A program made the translations under genes and the position numbers. DNA of 64,000 nt from Candidatus Gygaella obscura (lineage in GTDB: Bacteria; Omnitrophota; Gorgyraeia; Gygaellales; Gygaellaceae), in NCBI GenBank assembly GCA_030765485.1, contig JAVCCR010000012.1, positions 43,679-107,678 on the forward strand, read 5' to 3'. The notes below the pieces were generated by a model. It was not told the DNA's origin and made no database searches. It was given only the letters and a program-made list of their open reading frames with translations. Positions 9,218 through 21,372 of this stretch are shown here, piece after piece (the stretch's first letter is position 1; each line of letters starts with the position of its first letter).

Positions 9218-10009
9218 CTAAAATTGTTCCCAGTTTATCTCTTGAGGAATCACCATTTCTGGACTATCGAGAAGTTTTTCTGTTATTTCTTTAATACTAT
9301 TGTATGTATCGCATGCGGTGTCAATCGCAATGTCTTCATTAAGCTCGCTAAAAGGAACAATTCCCAAAAGCTGTGACCCTAAGGCTTTAACAAACCCTTC
9401 AACTTTTTCTGTTTTTATCTTACCGCTACGGGAATTACCAATTATCCCTGCAAGCTTAGCTCCAGATCTTTGAGAAAATTTAATTATTGCCCTAGAAATA
9501 TTAGCTGCGGCATAAAGAGACGCTGCCTCAGAACTTGTAACAATATATATCTCTTGGGCAAAACCCTCCCTAATCGGCAAAGAAAAACCTCCACATACAA
9601 CATCGCCTAAAACATCATAAATAGTAAAATCTATTTTTTTCTTCTGCTGGATTTTAACCTGCTTTATAAACTCTATTGCCTCTGCTACACCTTTACCTGC
9701 ACAACCAACCCCTGGCTCTGGACCACCGGACTCTATACAATAAATACTCCCCTTAATACTTGTTTTTTTATCCACCGTAAAAACAAACTCCTCTATATCT
9801 ACATCCTCTTTATTAAAATTGCGCTGTTTTAACCAATCCAATACCGAGAGAATTCTCTTGCGCTTCAAAAGCAAAGCGCAGCTATCTTGTTTCGGGTCAC
9901 AACCAACCTGCAAAACATTAAAACCTCTTTCAGCAAGACAGTAAGAAATATGGCTGGCGATAAAACTTTTGCCAATCCCGCCCTTCCCATAAATCGCTAA
10001 TTCTCTCAT
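9218..10009 (-). CDS. NifH/BchL/CfbC-family ATP-dependent reductase (Fe-protein-like), probable start at MRELAIYGKGGIGKS
   Basis: Walker A GKGGIGKS, switch motif CDPKQDS, and the Fe-protein [4Fe-4S] ligand motifs GCAGKG and VVCGGFSLP. Confidence 0.88.
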   Translation of the reverse strand: MRELAIYGKGGIGKSFIASHISYCLAERGFNVLQVGCDPKQDSCALLLKRKRILSVLDWLKQRNFNKEDVDIEEFVFTVDKKTSIKGSIYCIESGGPEPGVGCAGKGVAEAIEFIKQVKIQQKKKIDFTIYDVLGDVVCGGFSLPIREGFAQEIYIVTSSEAASLYAAANISRAIIKFSQRSGAKLAGIIGNSRSGKIKTEKVEGFVKALGSQLLGIVPFSELNEDIAIDTACDTYNSIKEITEKLLDSPEMVIPQEINWEQF

Positions 10010-11046
10010 TTTGCCCTCGTAGTATAAACAGCTGGCAGATAACTGCAAACCGGATCCTGCGCAAGAAAATCTCCATATTTAGCAAAGGCCTTTGCCCTGC
10101 ACCCTCCGCAACAAACCTTATACTCGCAAACACCACATTTTCCTTTTAATTTTGAAGGATCTCTTAGTAGCTTTAAATCCTTATTCTCCTGCCAAATACT
10201 TTTTAAATCCTGATCTTCAATATTTGCCAAAGAATAATCAAAATACCCGCAGGGATAAACTTCTCCTTTTGCAGAAACAAAAATTATGCTTTTACCAGCA
10301 AGACATCCGCTCGCTTTGTCTAAATGCTGTCCATTAAAATCTTTGATTCTTGTAAAAAACGGGGCGCATGTTGGTCGGATATCAAAAACATTTTTATTCT
10401 GCAAATGGGCAATCTGTAACAATAGCTCTTCGCACTCCTCCGGACCAAGTATCTGGTCTGGCGAAATTTCTTTTGCACAACCGACAGGAACCAAAACAAA
10501 AACATGTAGCGCTCTGGCGCCTAGCTTTTTACTAAACTCCACAATTTCATCCAGCTTGCCGGCATTTTGTTTTGTTGCTGCAGTATTAATCTGAAAAGGT
10601 ATATTCAATTTTTTTAAAAAATTTATTCCTTTTAGAGCTGCCTGAAAAGCACCTTTGCTGCCCCGAAAGCTATCGTGAGTATTTTCATCTATACTGTCAA
10701 TGCTTACGCTTACAATATCAATCCCACTTTTCTTGATTTGACTTGATTTAAACTCATTTATCAAAACAGCATTAGTAGCAAGCCCTACTTTTAACTTTCT
10801 ATCCTTTATATATTCTGCTATCTGAAAAATATCTTCTCTTAAAAGAGGCTCTCCGCCACTTAAAACAATAAAAGGTCTGGCAAATGAAAGGACCTGATCT
10901 ATTAAAATTTTAATCTGCGCAAAAGATAGATCTTTATGATCTTTACCAATAGAAGATTTATTTTGTCTGCAGTGCTTACAGTGAAGGTTGCAAGCCAAGG
11001 TAGTTTCTAAAAAAAGAATTTTTAATTCTGGGGTTATTAGAGGCAT
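10006..11046 (-). CDS. Radical SAM enzyme with SPASM-like C-terminal domain, paralog 3 (first gene of operon)
   Basis: CNLHCKHC (identical pattern to the NirJ/Ahb CNLxCxHC box). C-terminal CGVCEYKVCCGGCRAKAFAKYGDFLAQDPVCSY. Confidence 0.8.
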   Translation of the reverse strand: MPLITPELKILFLETTLACNLHCKHCRQNKSSIGKDHKDLSFAQIKILIDQVLSFARPFIVLSGGEPLLREDIFQIAEYIKDRKLKVGLATNAVLINEFKSSQIKKSGIDIVSVSIDSIDENTHDSFRGSKGAFQAALKGINFLKKLNIPFQINTAATKQNAGKLDEIVEFSKKLGARALHVFVLVPVGCAKEISPDQILGPEECEELLLQIAHLQNKNVFDIRPTCAPFFTRIKDFNGQHLDKASGCLAGKSIIFVSAKGEVYPCGYFDYSLANIEDQDLKSIWQENKDLKLLRDPSKLKGKCGVCEYKVCCGGCRAKAFAKYGDFLAQDPVCSYLPAVYTTRAK

Positions 11047-11145
11047 TGAGAATAAGCTTTCTTATTTAGTAAATTATCATATTTATCGTATGAAATCAAT
11101 AAATAAAGCCTGGCGGTAGGTGACATCAAAAACAAGATATAAAAA

Positions 11146-11220
11146 ATGACCCCAGCGGGATTTGAACCCGCGCCGAGAGCTTGAAAAGCTCTTGTCCTGA
11201 CCAGGCTAGACGATGGGGTC
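11146..11220 (-). tRNA. tRNA-Glu (anticodon UUC)
   Basis: Reverse complement folds as a cloverleaf: 7-bp acceptor GACCCCA/TGGGGTC, anticodon loop CTTTTCAAG, T-loop GGTTCAAAT. Confidence 0.8.
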
Positions 11221-11281
11221 GAAAGTTTAAAATGTTTTAGTTTTGTAAATATAACATAAAATAAAAAAATATCAATTTTTT

Positions 11282-13726
11282 TTACTCATCTTTTGCTGCT
11301 ATCTTAGCTATCCCTGTAACCTTATCGCCCTTTTCCAAATTTATCAACTTTACTCCTTGGGTAGAACGACCTGTTTTACGAATATCCTTTACAGGGCATC
11401 TTACAGTCATGCCATTATGGGTAACGGCCATAATCTCATCTTCTTCTGACACAGATTTTATACTAACGACTTCGCCATTTTTGGCAGTCACTTTTATATT
11501 TATTATTCCCTTGCCACTCCGAGACTGGCTTCTATATTCTGTAAAATTTGTTCTCTTGGCAAATCCTAATGCAGTTACGGTCAAAAGTGAAAGGTCTGTT
11601 TTCTCCATCCCCGGCCAAACCTTTTCCATGCCCACAACATAATCTTTGATTGCCAGGTTAATCGCCTTCACGCCTTTTGCCTGACGACCCATATCGCGCA
11701 CCAGTTTTTCTGGAAAGCGCAAGGACTTACCATTGTTGGTGGCTACCAAAATCTCGTTTTTACCATCGGTTAAATCCGCAGCGACTAAATAATCGTCCTT
11801 TTCTAACCCAATTGCGGTTATTCCGGCCTTTCTTGGATTACTAAAACTAGAGAGTATTGTTTTTTTAATAAGACCGTTTTTGGTACACATAACCAAAAAC
11901 TTATCGTCACTAAATTCTTTTACAGGCACAACAGAGCTAATGCCCTCTCCTGAGGCAAGCTGCAACAAATTAACTATAGCCTTACCTTTTGCTGCGCGCG
12001 ACGCTTCGGGGATTTCATACACTTTTAACCAAAAAATCTTGCCCGTAGTTGTAAAAACAAGCAGGTAGTCTTTGGTAGAGGCAACAAAAAGTCTCTCAAC
12101 AAAATCATCTTCTTTTGTACCCATTGCCGTTACCCCGCGACCACCCCGTCTTTGTTTTCTATAAGAGCTTATCGTAAGTCTTTTTATATAGCCCGTGTGC
12201 GTTATGGTAATAACCATATCCTCTTCGGCAATTAAATCTTCTATATCAATATCCTGCACCGCGGCTACAATCTCAGTTCTACGCTCGTCAGCAAACTTTT
12301 TCTTTATTTCGTCAAGCTCGTCTTTAATAATCTGCTCTATTTTTTTCTCTGATGCCAGGATAGATTTCAGTATCTCGATCTTTTTCAATAACTCTGCGTA
12401 CTCGGCGTCAATCTTACTACGTTCAAGAGCGGTCAAACGCTGTAATTGCATTTCTAGAATTGCCTGTGCCTGAATTTCGCTTAACTCAAACTTTTTAACA
12501 AGATTATTTTTTGCATCGGAAGTACTTTTGCTTGTTTTTATAGTTTTTATTATTGCGTCAATATTTTTTAAAGCGATTTTTAATCCTTCTAAAATATGGG
12601 CCCTGCGTTCAGCCTTGTCTAGTTCAAACTTAGTCTTTCTTCTTGTAACTATTTTTCTATGCAAAACATACTGCTCGATTAAATCTTTCAGACTAAGTAT
12701 TTTTGGTCTACCCCCGACCAGAGCCAAGTTAATAATGCCGTAAGTAACCTCCAGCTGGGTATTTTTAAACAACCTATTAAGCACAATCTGCGACTCAGCA
12801 TCTCTTTTTAGCTCGATTACTACCCTGATACCGTCTTTATCAGATTCGTCTCTTAAATCGCTTATCCCGTCAATCTTTTTACTTGTAATTAAACGAGCGA
12901 TGTTCTCAACGATATTAGTTTTGTTGACCTGATAAGGAATCTCGGTAATAATGATTGACTCTTTACCTTGCTTTTGCTGTTCAACGCTAACCTTGGCTCT
13001 AATAGTCAGCTTGCCTCTGCCGGTATTATAAGCCTGTTTTATCCCGTCCCTGCCGCAGATAAGCCCGCCCGTAGGGAAATCCGGACCCTTAATAAACTTC
13101 ATCAACTCTTTTATTTCGCATTGCGGATTATCTATAAAATATTTTATCCCGTCCACTACTTCGGCAAGATTGTGTGAAGGCATATTCGTAGCCATACCAA
13201 CGGCAATACCAGAAGAACCGTTCACCAAAAGATTCGGCAGCTTAGCAGGTAAAACAACCGGCTCCTTTAAAGAGTCGTCAAAATTGGGCATAAAATTAAC
13301 TGTATCTTTTTCTATATCTAAAAGCATCTGCGATGAAATTGCCTCCAGCCGAGCTTCTGTATAACGCATCGCTGCTGGTGGGTCACCGTCAATCGAACCA
13401 AAATTGCCTTGGCCGTCGACTAAAGTATAGCGCAAGCTAAAATCTTGCACCATTCTTACCAAGCTATCGTAAACCGCCATATCCCCGTGAGGATGGTATT
13501 TACCCAAACACTCCCCAACAATACGGGCACACTTTTTAAAAGGCTTGTTGTGTTCAAGATTAAGATCGTGCATAGAATAAAGAATTCTTCTGTGCACGGG
13601 TTTAAGGCCATCTTTTGCATCTGGCAGGGCACGGCCTACAATAACACTCATTGAGTAATTCAAATATGAAGTTTTTACTTCGTCTTCAATATATATTGGT
13701 ATAATTTTTTCGTTTTCTGTATACAT
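11282..13726 (-). CDS. gyrA: DNA gyrase subunit A
   Basis: Canonical N-terminus ...[33 protein letters not shown]-terminal beta-pinwheel repeats. 814 aa. Confidence 0.97.
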   Translation of the reverse strand: MYTENEKIIPIYIEDEVKTSYLNYSMSVIVGRALPDAKDGLKPVHRRILYSMHDLNLEHNKPFKKCARIVGECLGKYHPHGDMAVYDSLVRMVQDFSLRYTLVDGQGNFGSIDGDPPAAMRYTEARLEAISSQMLLDIEKDTVNFMPNFDDSLKEPVVLPAKLPNLLVNGSSGIAVGMATNMPSHNLAEVVDGIKYFIDNPQCEIKELMKFIKGPDFPTGGLICGRDGIKQAYNTGRGKLTIRAKVSVEQQKQGKESIIITEIPYQVNKTNIVENIARLITSKKIDGISDLRDESDKDGIRVVIELKRDAESQIVLNRLFKNTQLEVTYGIINLALVGGRPKILSLKDLIEQYVLHRKIVTRRKTKFELDKAERRAHILEGLKIALKNIDAIIKTIKTSKSTSDAKNNLVKKFELSEIQAQAILEMQLQRLTALERSKIDAEYAELLKKIEILKSILASEKKIEQIIKDELDEIKKKFADERRTEIVAAVQDIDIEDLIAEEDMVITITHTGYIKRLTISSYRKQRRGGRGVTAMGTKEDDFVERLFVASTKDYLLVFTTTGKIFWLKVYEIPEASRAAKGKAIVNLLQLASGEGISSVVPVKEFSDDKFLVMCTKNGLIKKTILSSFSNPRKAGITAIGLEKDDYLVAADLTDGKNEILVATNNGKSLRFPEKLVRDMGRQAKGVKAINLAIKDYVVGMEKVWPGMEKTDLSLLTVTALGFAKRTNFTEYRSQSRSGKGIINIKVTAKNGEVVSIKSVSEEDEIMAVTHNGMTVRCPVKDIRKTGRSTQGVKLINLEKGDKVTGIAKIAAKDE

Positions 13727-13749
13727 TTTCTTCCGTTTTTGTTAAATTA

Positions 13750-16481
<2,732 letters not shown>

Positions 16482-17573
16482 TTAGGTAAGTCTCATGGGT
16501 AAAACCACATAAACATAACCGTTACTTCTTATCACAGCTGGTTTTTCCGGTTCTGTAAGTTCAATTTCAACTTCAACGTCGGTAAGATTTTTCAAAACAT
16601 CCACTAGGTAAACCGGATTAAACCCGATAATTAAATCTTTGCTTGCGGTTATGGTTTTAAGTTCTTCCCAAGATTCTCCTACGTCTGGTGTGGTTTTAGA
16701 AACAACTAATTTGTTTTTTGATAAAGTTAATTTTACCGCTTGAAAATCTGGGGTGTTTAAAAGCGCTGCTCTTTTTAAGGCTGATAAAAATTCTTCTCGG
16801 TCTATTTTTATTTTCCCATCGTTCTCCCTGGGAATAACTTGATTATAGTCGGGAAATTCTCCCTCGATTAATCTTGTCACGATGGTTTTATTTTTAAATT
16901 CAAATAGGGCCTGGTTGCTACCAAAAACAATAGACACATCTCCTTCATCTGTAAGATTTTTGTTAATTTCCATAATTGCTTTTAGGGGGACAACACTGTT
17001 GATTTCTTTAGCTATGTTTGTTTCTGTAGATTTAGTATAAACCGCTAACCTTCTTCCGTCGGTGGCTACGGTCGTGATTTTATTATTTTTTATGTTGAAT
17101 AAAATTCCACTTAAAACAAACCTAGATTCATCGTGTGACACAGCAAAACTTGTTAGGTTTATCATTTGTTTTAATTCTGCTTGTTCAATTTTGAAAACTT
17201 GTTTATCTTTTAATTCTGGTAATTTAGGAAATTCCTCTTTTGGGAGTCCTGAAAGTTTAAATTGGCAATTGTCTGTTTCTATAAGCGTTGTGTTGTTTTT
17301 TCTGGTGGTTATTCTTATTTCATTATCTGGAAGTTCTCTAATTATCTCAATAAACCTTCTCGCTGGTAAAGTAATTGCCCCCTGCTCGTTTATATCCACA
17401 GGTAATAAACAGGTAATCCCTATATCTAAGTCTGTACTTGTAAATCTTAAATCGTTATTTTTTGTTTCAATTAATATGTTAGAAAGTATTGGTAGTGTTG
17501 CTTTTGGAGAAATAATATTTTGGACAACCTGTAATTGATTAAGAAGTTCTTTTTTATTTGTTTTTATTTTCAT
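16482..17573 (-). CDS. dnaN: DNA polymerase III beta sliding clamp
   Basis: 363 aa. N-terminus MKIKTNKKELLNQLQVVQNIISPKATLPILSNILIE typical of DnaN. Confidence 0.95.
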   Translation of the reverse strand: MKIKTNKKELLNQLQVVQNIISPKATLPILSNILIETKNNDLRFTSTDLDIGITCLLPVDINEQGAITLPARRFIEIIRELPDNEIRITTRKNNTTLIETDNCQFKLSGLPKEEFPKLPELKDKQVFKIEQAELKQMINLTSFAVSHDESRFVLSGILFNIKNNKITTVATDGRRLAVYTKSTETNIAKEINSVVPLKAIMEINKNLTDEGDVSIVFGSNQALFEFKNKTIVTRLIEGEFPDYNQVIPRENDGKIKIDREEFLSALKRAALLNTPDFQAVKLTLSKNKLVVSKTTPDVGESWEELKTITASKDLIIGFNPVYLVDVLKNLTDVEVEIELTEPEKPAVIRSNGYVYVVLPMRLT

Positions 17574-17697
17574 TTTTTATGGACCTCTCTATACTAATAT
17601 AATTAAAACTTAAATAATTAGAAGTAGTTAGTAGTCTGTGTTAATTTTTGTGGATATCTTCAAAAACAATATTAAAATTCATCAAAACAGCTGTTGA

Positions 17698-19062
17698 TTA
17701 GTTTTTAATATCCTGCACAATGCTGTTAATTTGCTTTTTCAATACACTATTTTTTGCCATTTCCCCCTTGATTTTTTTATAAGCGTATAAAACCGTTGTG
17801 TGATCTTTTCCTCCAAAGAGCTGTCCTATTTCAGGTAAAGAATAACTAGTTAACTCGCGCGACAAAAACATTGCTACCTGTCTAGGTAAGACAATTGTTT
17901 TCTGGCGCTTATTTTTTTTAAGGTCTGACAAAAGGATATTAAAATAACGCGCCACTTTTTCCTGTATTAAGGGAACCCCCACCTGTTTATTATCTTCTTT
18001 TATTAAATCTTTTAGAGCTTCTTTTGCTAAACTTAATGAAATTTCTTTTTCTTCAAGCATAGAATAAGCTATAATTCGGATTAGCGCCCCTTCCAACTCC
18101 CTAACATTATTTGTGATAGTTTGAGCGATAAATTCCAAAACATCATCAGGGACCTTGGTTGTTTCCCGCTCTAATTTTTTCTTTAAAATTGCTACCCTAA
18201 GCTCAAAATCTGGTGGTTGGATATCGGTAATTAAACCCCACCCAAAGCGAGAAATCAGTCTTTCTTCTAAATTGGATATTTCTTTTGGAGAGCGGTCAGA
18301 CGTTATGATGATTTGTTTATGATTATCATATAGAGTATTAAAAGTGTGAAAAAATTCTTCTTGGGTGGATTCTTTACCTGCGATAAACTGGATGTCGTCT
18401 ATTAAAAGGATATCCGAATTTCTATATTTTTGTCTAAAGCTGGCCGTAGATCTATTGACAATGGCGTCAATAAGATCGTTTGTAAAAGATTCACTTGATA
18501 CATAACAGATATTGCACTTATTTTCACTTTTTTTTATCGCAAAGTGGCATATAGCTTGTAAAAGATGAGTTTTCCCTAGCCCCACCCCGCCATAAATAAA
18601 TAAAGGATTATATGTTTTTGCTGGAGATTCAGCCACGGCCTGGCTGGCGGCGAAGGCAAAACGGTTTGATCCCCCAACGACAAAACTTTCAAATCTATAC
18701 CGGGCGTTTAATTTTATTTGCTTTATGTTTTCTTTTGGTTGCTTCACCTGGTATTTTTCCAAATGAATAATCTCAGGCATTACTAAGAGTTTTGAATTGA
18801 TGCAGAATTCAACAGTGTGCGCCAATGGGTAAAATTCTAAAATAGTTTCTTCAATTAATTTCCTATAGTGATCGTCCACCCATTCTTTAAAGAATGCGTC
18901 TGGTACTTCAATTATCACCCTCTCTGGGCTTTCGTCCGCCTTAAGGCGCATTTGGCTAAACCAGGCGTTAAACATGGATTCACCGATTAAGGTTCTAATT
19001 TTTTCTTTAGCTTTTTCCCAGGCATTCTGTTTTTCAACAGGGGCCTTATTCGTGTTTTCCAC
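17698..19062 (-). CDS. dnaA: Chromosomal replication initiator DnaA
   Basis: AAA+ Walker A GGVGLGKTHLL, DnaA domain IV C-terminus. 454 aa. Confidence 0.97.
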   Translation of the reverse strand: MENTNKAPVEKQNAWEKAKEKIRTLIGESMFNAWFSQMRLKADESPERVIIEVPDAFFKEWVDDHYRKLIEETILEFYPLAHTVEFCINSKLLVMPEIIHLEKYQVKQPKENIKQIKLNARYRFESFVVGGSNRFAFAASQAVAESPAKTYNPLFIYGGVGLGKTHLLQAICHFAIKKSENKCNICYVSSESFTNDLIDAIVNRSTASFRQKYRNSDILLIDDIQFIAGKESTQEEFFHTFNTLYDNHKQIIITSDRSPKEISNLEERLISRFGWGLITDIQPPDFELRVAILKKKLERETTKVPDDVLEFIAQTITNNVRELEGALIRIIAYSMLEEKEISLSLAKEALKDLIKEDNKQVGVPLIQEKVARYFNILLSDLKKNKRQKTIVLPRQVAMFLSRELTSYSLPEIGQLFGGKDHTTVLYAYKKIKGEMAKNSVLKKQINSIVQDIKN

Positions 19063-19258
19063 AGTATTAACAAGTTGTTAACAGGTGATTGAATTTTTTC
19101 TCCTTGAAGCAGAGTCATTATACCAAAACTGTTTTTTTTGGCAAGAAGTTTATTTTTTTGTTAATTAGAAACGCAACTTTTTTTATTGCAATAAGTTTTG
19201 TTTCTGTTTGAATTTTTTGTGTTGACTAGGAATCACTTTATGTTATAATTTGATACCT
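19063..19258. promoter_or_regulatory. dnaA-rpmH intergenic region. It is a candidate oriC/DUE and contains a sigma70-like promoter for rpmH.
   Basis: AT-rich T-tracts. Promoter TTGACT (-35), 16 nt spacer, TATAAT (-10) ends ~10 nt before the rpmH ATG. No perfect TTATCCACA boxes were seen here. One near-consensus TGTGGATAT lies in the dnaN-dnaA gap at ~17651. Confidence 0.35.
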
Positions 19259-19396
19259 ATGAAAAAACATCTTAAAACACCGACTAATATAAAAGGCAAA
19301 CGAAAACACGGTTTTTTGAAAAGGAAGAGCACCTCCAAAGGAATGAAAGTTCTGAAGCGTCGTCGGAAGAAGAACAGAAGAAAGCTTTCCGTTTAA
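19259..19396 (+). CDS. rpmH: 50S ribosomal protein L34 (not in the supplied ORF track because <60 aa)
   Basis: Own translation MKKHLKTPTNIKGKRKHGFLKRKSTSKGMKVLKRRRKKNRRKLSV matches the L34 consensus (..KRKRTHGFRARM..GRKVLARRR..GRKRL). Coordinates +/-1 nt. Confidence 0.8.
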   Translation: MKKHLKTPTNIKGKRKHGFLKRKSTSKGMKVLKRRRKKNRRKLSV

Positions 19397-19611
19397 TGTT
19401 CAAAAGATTTATAATTTGCCTTATCGGGTTATATCAGCAATGCTGTAAAAATATTTTTTTGCCAAAGTGTAGATTTATACCTAGTTGCTCAAATTACACA
19501 AAAGAGGCAATCGCAAAATACGGAGTTTTTAAAGGAAGCTCTATGGCTGCCTTTAGAATATTACGCTGCAACCCTTTTAACAAAACAACCGGATGGGACC
19601 CAGTTAAATGA
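19396..19611 (+). CDS. yidD: Membrane protein insertion efficiency factor YidD
   Basis: CRFIPSCSNYTKEAIAKYGVFKGSSMAAFRILRCNPFNKTTGWDPV is the YidD signature. Start overlaps the rpmH stop (TAATG). Confidence 0.85.
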   Translation: MFKRFIICLIGLYQQCCKNIFLPKCRFIPSCSNYTKEAIAKYGVFKGSSMAAFRILRCNPFNKTTGWDPVK

Positions 19612-21140
19612 GTAAAAGAACAATTATAGCGCTTGCTTTGTCTTTTTTGGTTTTAATGGTTTGGTCTAAGCTTTTTCCAGCTAAACCCTATGTGCCAGGC
19701 AATACTCAGGAAATTGAATCTGCCCAGTCTTTTCAGCAAGAGTCGGTTGAGACACCAACACAGCCAAGCCCCATAGCCGTAGAAAAATCACCCACCGAAA
19801 CAGAAAAAACCTCATTAGTTAGCTTTAATGGTATTGATTTAATTATGGCAGACGATCAAGACAAGGGTTTTATTTTAACAGCAAGCCTGCATGGTTATGA
19901 TCAAGAGCTTGTATTCCATGAAATTTTAGCAATGAAGAATAGCCAGAACTTATTATTTGACAAATACTTAGAAAAAAACAAACAAAAAACAACGCTTTTA
20001 TTTAAATCAAAAGATGTTAATATTACTCATAGTATGATTAATAGTGATAACTCTTTTATTTTCAATAATTTAGTTAAGATTGAGAATAAGACAGATAGTA
20101 CATGGAATGATTCTCTATGGATTAATGCTGGAAGCATAAATTTAAAAAAACGAGATATCCACTCTAGATTTATAGAAGCCTTTATTTTTACTAATGACGG
20201 CATTACTAGATTCAATCCTTTTGGCAAGACTCCAGCAATAAATGGATCGGTTAAAGCAATAGGCTTAAGAGACAGGCACTTCTGTACAGTAATAAAGCCA
20301 AAATCGGAAGATAATATAAGCTTTCATTTAGAAAAGCACGATAAAAACAACATATCTTTATACTTAATCCTTAATAATGTTATTAACTCTAAGCAGGTAA
20401 AGGAGATAGAGTTTTCTTCATACATAGGTCCGCAATTAGCGGATAATTTAGCAGCTATGGGTGAGAATATAAAAGAAATTGTTAATTTTGGTTTTTTTGA
20501 CCCTATTTCTAAAGTAATTCTCTATGTATTAAGATTATTTCATGCTTTTACAAGAAATTGGGGAGTAGCAATCATATTGTTAAGCGCAGCTTTGTTTTTT
20601 GTGGTTTATCCTTTAACAGCAAAACAGATGAATTCTTTAAAAAGAATGCAGGAGGTACAGCCGGAAATAGAAAAGATAAGAAAGGCCTATAAAGATAATC
20701 CTCAAAAACTAAATAAAGAAATGCTGGGAATCTACAAAACATATAAAATTAATCCAGCAGGCGGATGTTTGCCAATGATTTTACAAATACCCATATTTTT
20801 TGCTTTATACCAAGCCTTATTGCGTTCGGTAGAGATTTACGGAGCAAATTTTTTATGGATAAAAGACTTAAGCGAGCCTGATAAATTGTCATTAATGGGT
20901 GGAGGTAGTGTTAATTTACTGCCTTTGATTATGGCTGTAGGTATGTTTTTTCAACAGAAAATTTCACAACAAAAATCTTCTGGGGCTATGGCAGAACAGC
21001 AGAAGATGATGGTTTGGATTATGCCTGTTATGTTTGGGTTTATATTTTATAATTTTCCTTCTGGTTTAGTTCTTTACTGGTTATTTAACAGCGTATTTAC
21101 AACAATAGCACAATGGAAAACTCTCAAGAAAGCAAGTTAG
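19608..21140 (+). CDS. yidC: Membrane protein insertase YidC
   Basis: 510 aa. C-terminal 60-kDa IM protein domain (PSGLVLYWLFNSVFTTIAQ). 4-nt overlap with yidD. Confidence 0.95.
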   Translation: MSKRTIIALALSFLVLMVWSKLFPAKPYVPGNTQEIESAQSFQQESVETPTQPSPIAVEKSPTETEKTSLVSFNGIDLIMADDQDKGFILTASLHGYDQELVFHEILAMKNSQNLLFDKYLEKNKQKTTLLFKSKDVNITHSMINSDNSFIFNNLVKIENKTDSTWNDSLWINAGSINLKKRDIHSRFIEAFIFTNDGITRFNPFGKTPAINGSVKAIGLRDRHFCTVIKPKSEDNISFHLEKHDKNNISLYLILNNVINSKQVKEIEFSSYIGPQLADNLAAMGENIKEIVNFGFFDPISKVILYVLRLFHAFTRNWGVAIILLSAALFFVVYPLTAKQMNSLKRMQEVQPEIEKIRKAYKDNPQKLNKEMLGIYKTYKINPAGGCLPMILQIPIFFALYQALLRSVEIYGANFLWIKDLSEPDKLSLMGGGSVNLLPLIMAVGMFFQQKISQQKSSGAMAEQQKMMVWIMPVMFGFIFYNFPSGLVLYWLFNSVFTTIAQWKTLKKAS

Positions 21141-21337
21141 ATTTAAAAGAAATCGAAGTTACCGGTAAGACTACACAAGAAGCCATCCATAAAGCTTTGG
21201 ATATTCTAAAGGTTCCTAAATCTAAAATAAAGATAAAAATTTTATCAGAAGAAGAGAAAGGCCTATTTGGAATGCCAGGTTCGAAGCTTGCAAAAATCAG
21301 AGCCTCAGTTGTCCCACAAACACAAGATAAAAAATAA
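21113..21337 (+). CDS. jag: Jag/KhpB N-terminal-domain-only protein (74 aa; KH and R3H domains absent)
   Basis: Position directly after yidC. LDLKEIEVTGKTTQEAIHKALDIL resembles the Jag_N domain. The ORF stops after 74 aa with no continuation in any frame. Confidence 0.55.
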   Translation: MENSQESKLDLKEIEVTGKTTQEAIHKALDILKVPKSKIKIKILSEEEKGLFGMPGSKLAKIRASVVPQTQDKK

Positions 21338-21356
21338 TTAATATAAAGCAATTAAA

Positions 21357-21372
21357 TGTTTCACGTGAAACA
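21357..21372. promoter_or_regulatory. parS centromere-like site 1 (perfect 16-bp palindrome TGTTTCACGTGAAACA)
   Basis: Exact match to the canonical parS consensus tGTTtCACGTGAAAca, upstream of parA. Confidence 0.8.

Noticed and set aside
6466-10009. Interpretation as a genuine Mo/V/Fe nitrogenase (nifHDK) nitrogen-fixation locus
   Set aside because: The D-like subunit is only 414 aa and lacks the FeMoco-ligating Cys/His region. There is no nifB, nifE/N or nifV. The accessory radical SAMs have SPASM-type C-termini and are not NifB-type. Subunit sizes fit the DPOR/Cfb/Nfl-like groups.
2941-11046. Radical SAM paralogs as NifB (FeMoco core synthase)
   Set aside because: NifB has no SPASM-like CGGCRA C-terminal Cys cluster and usually carries a NifX-like domain. 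All three radical SAMs here show the SPASM/twitch pattern.
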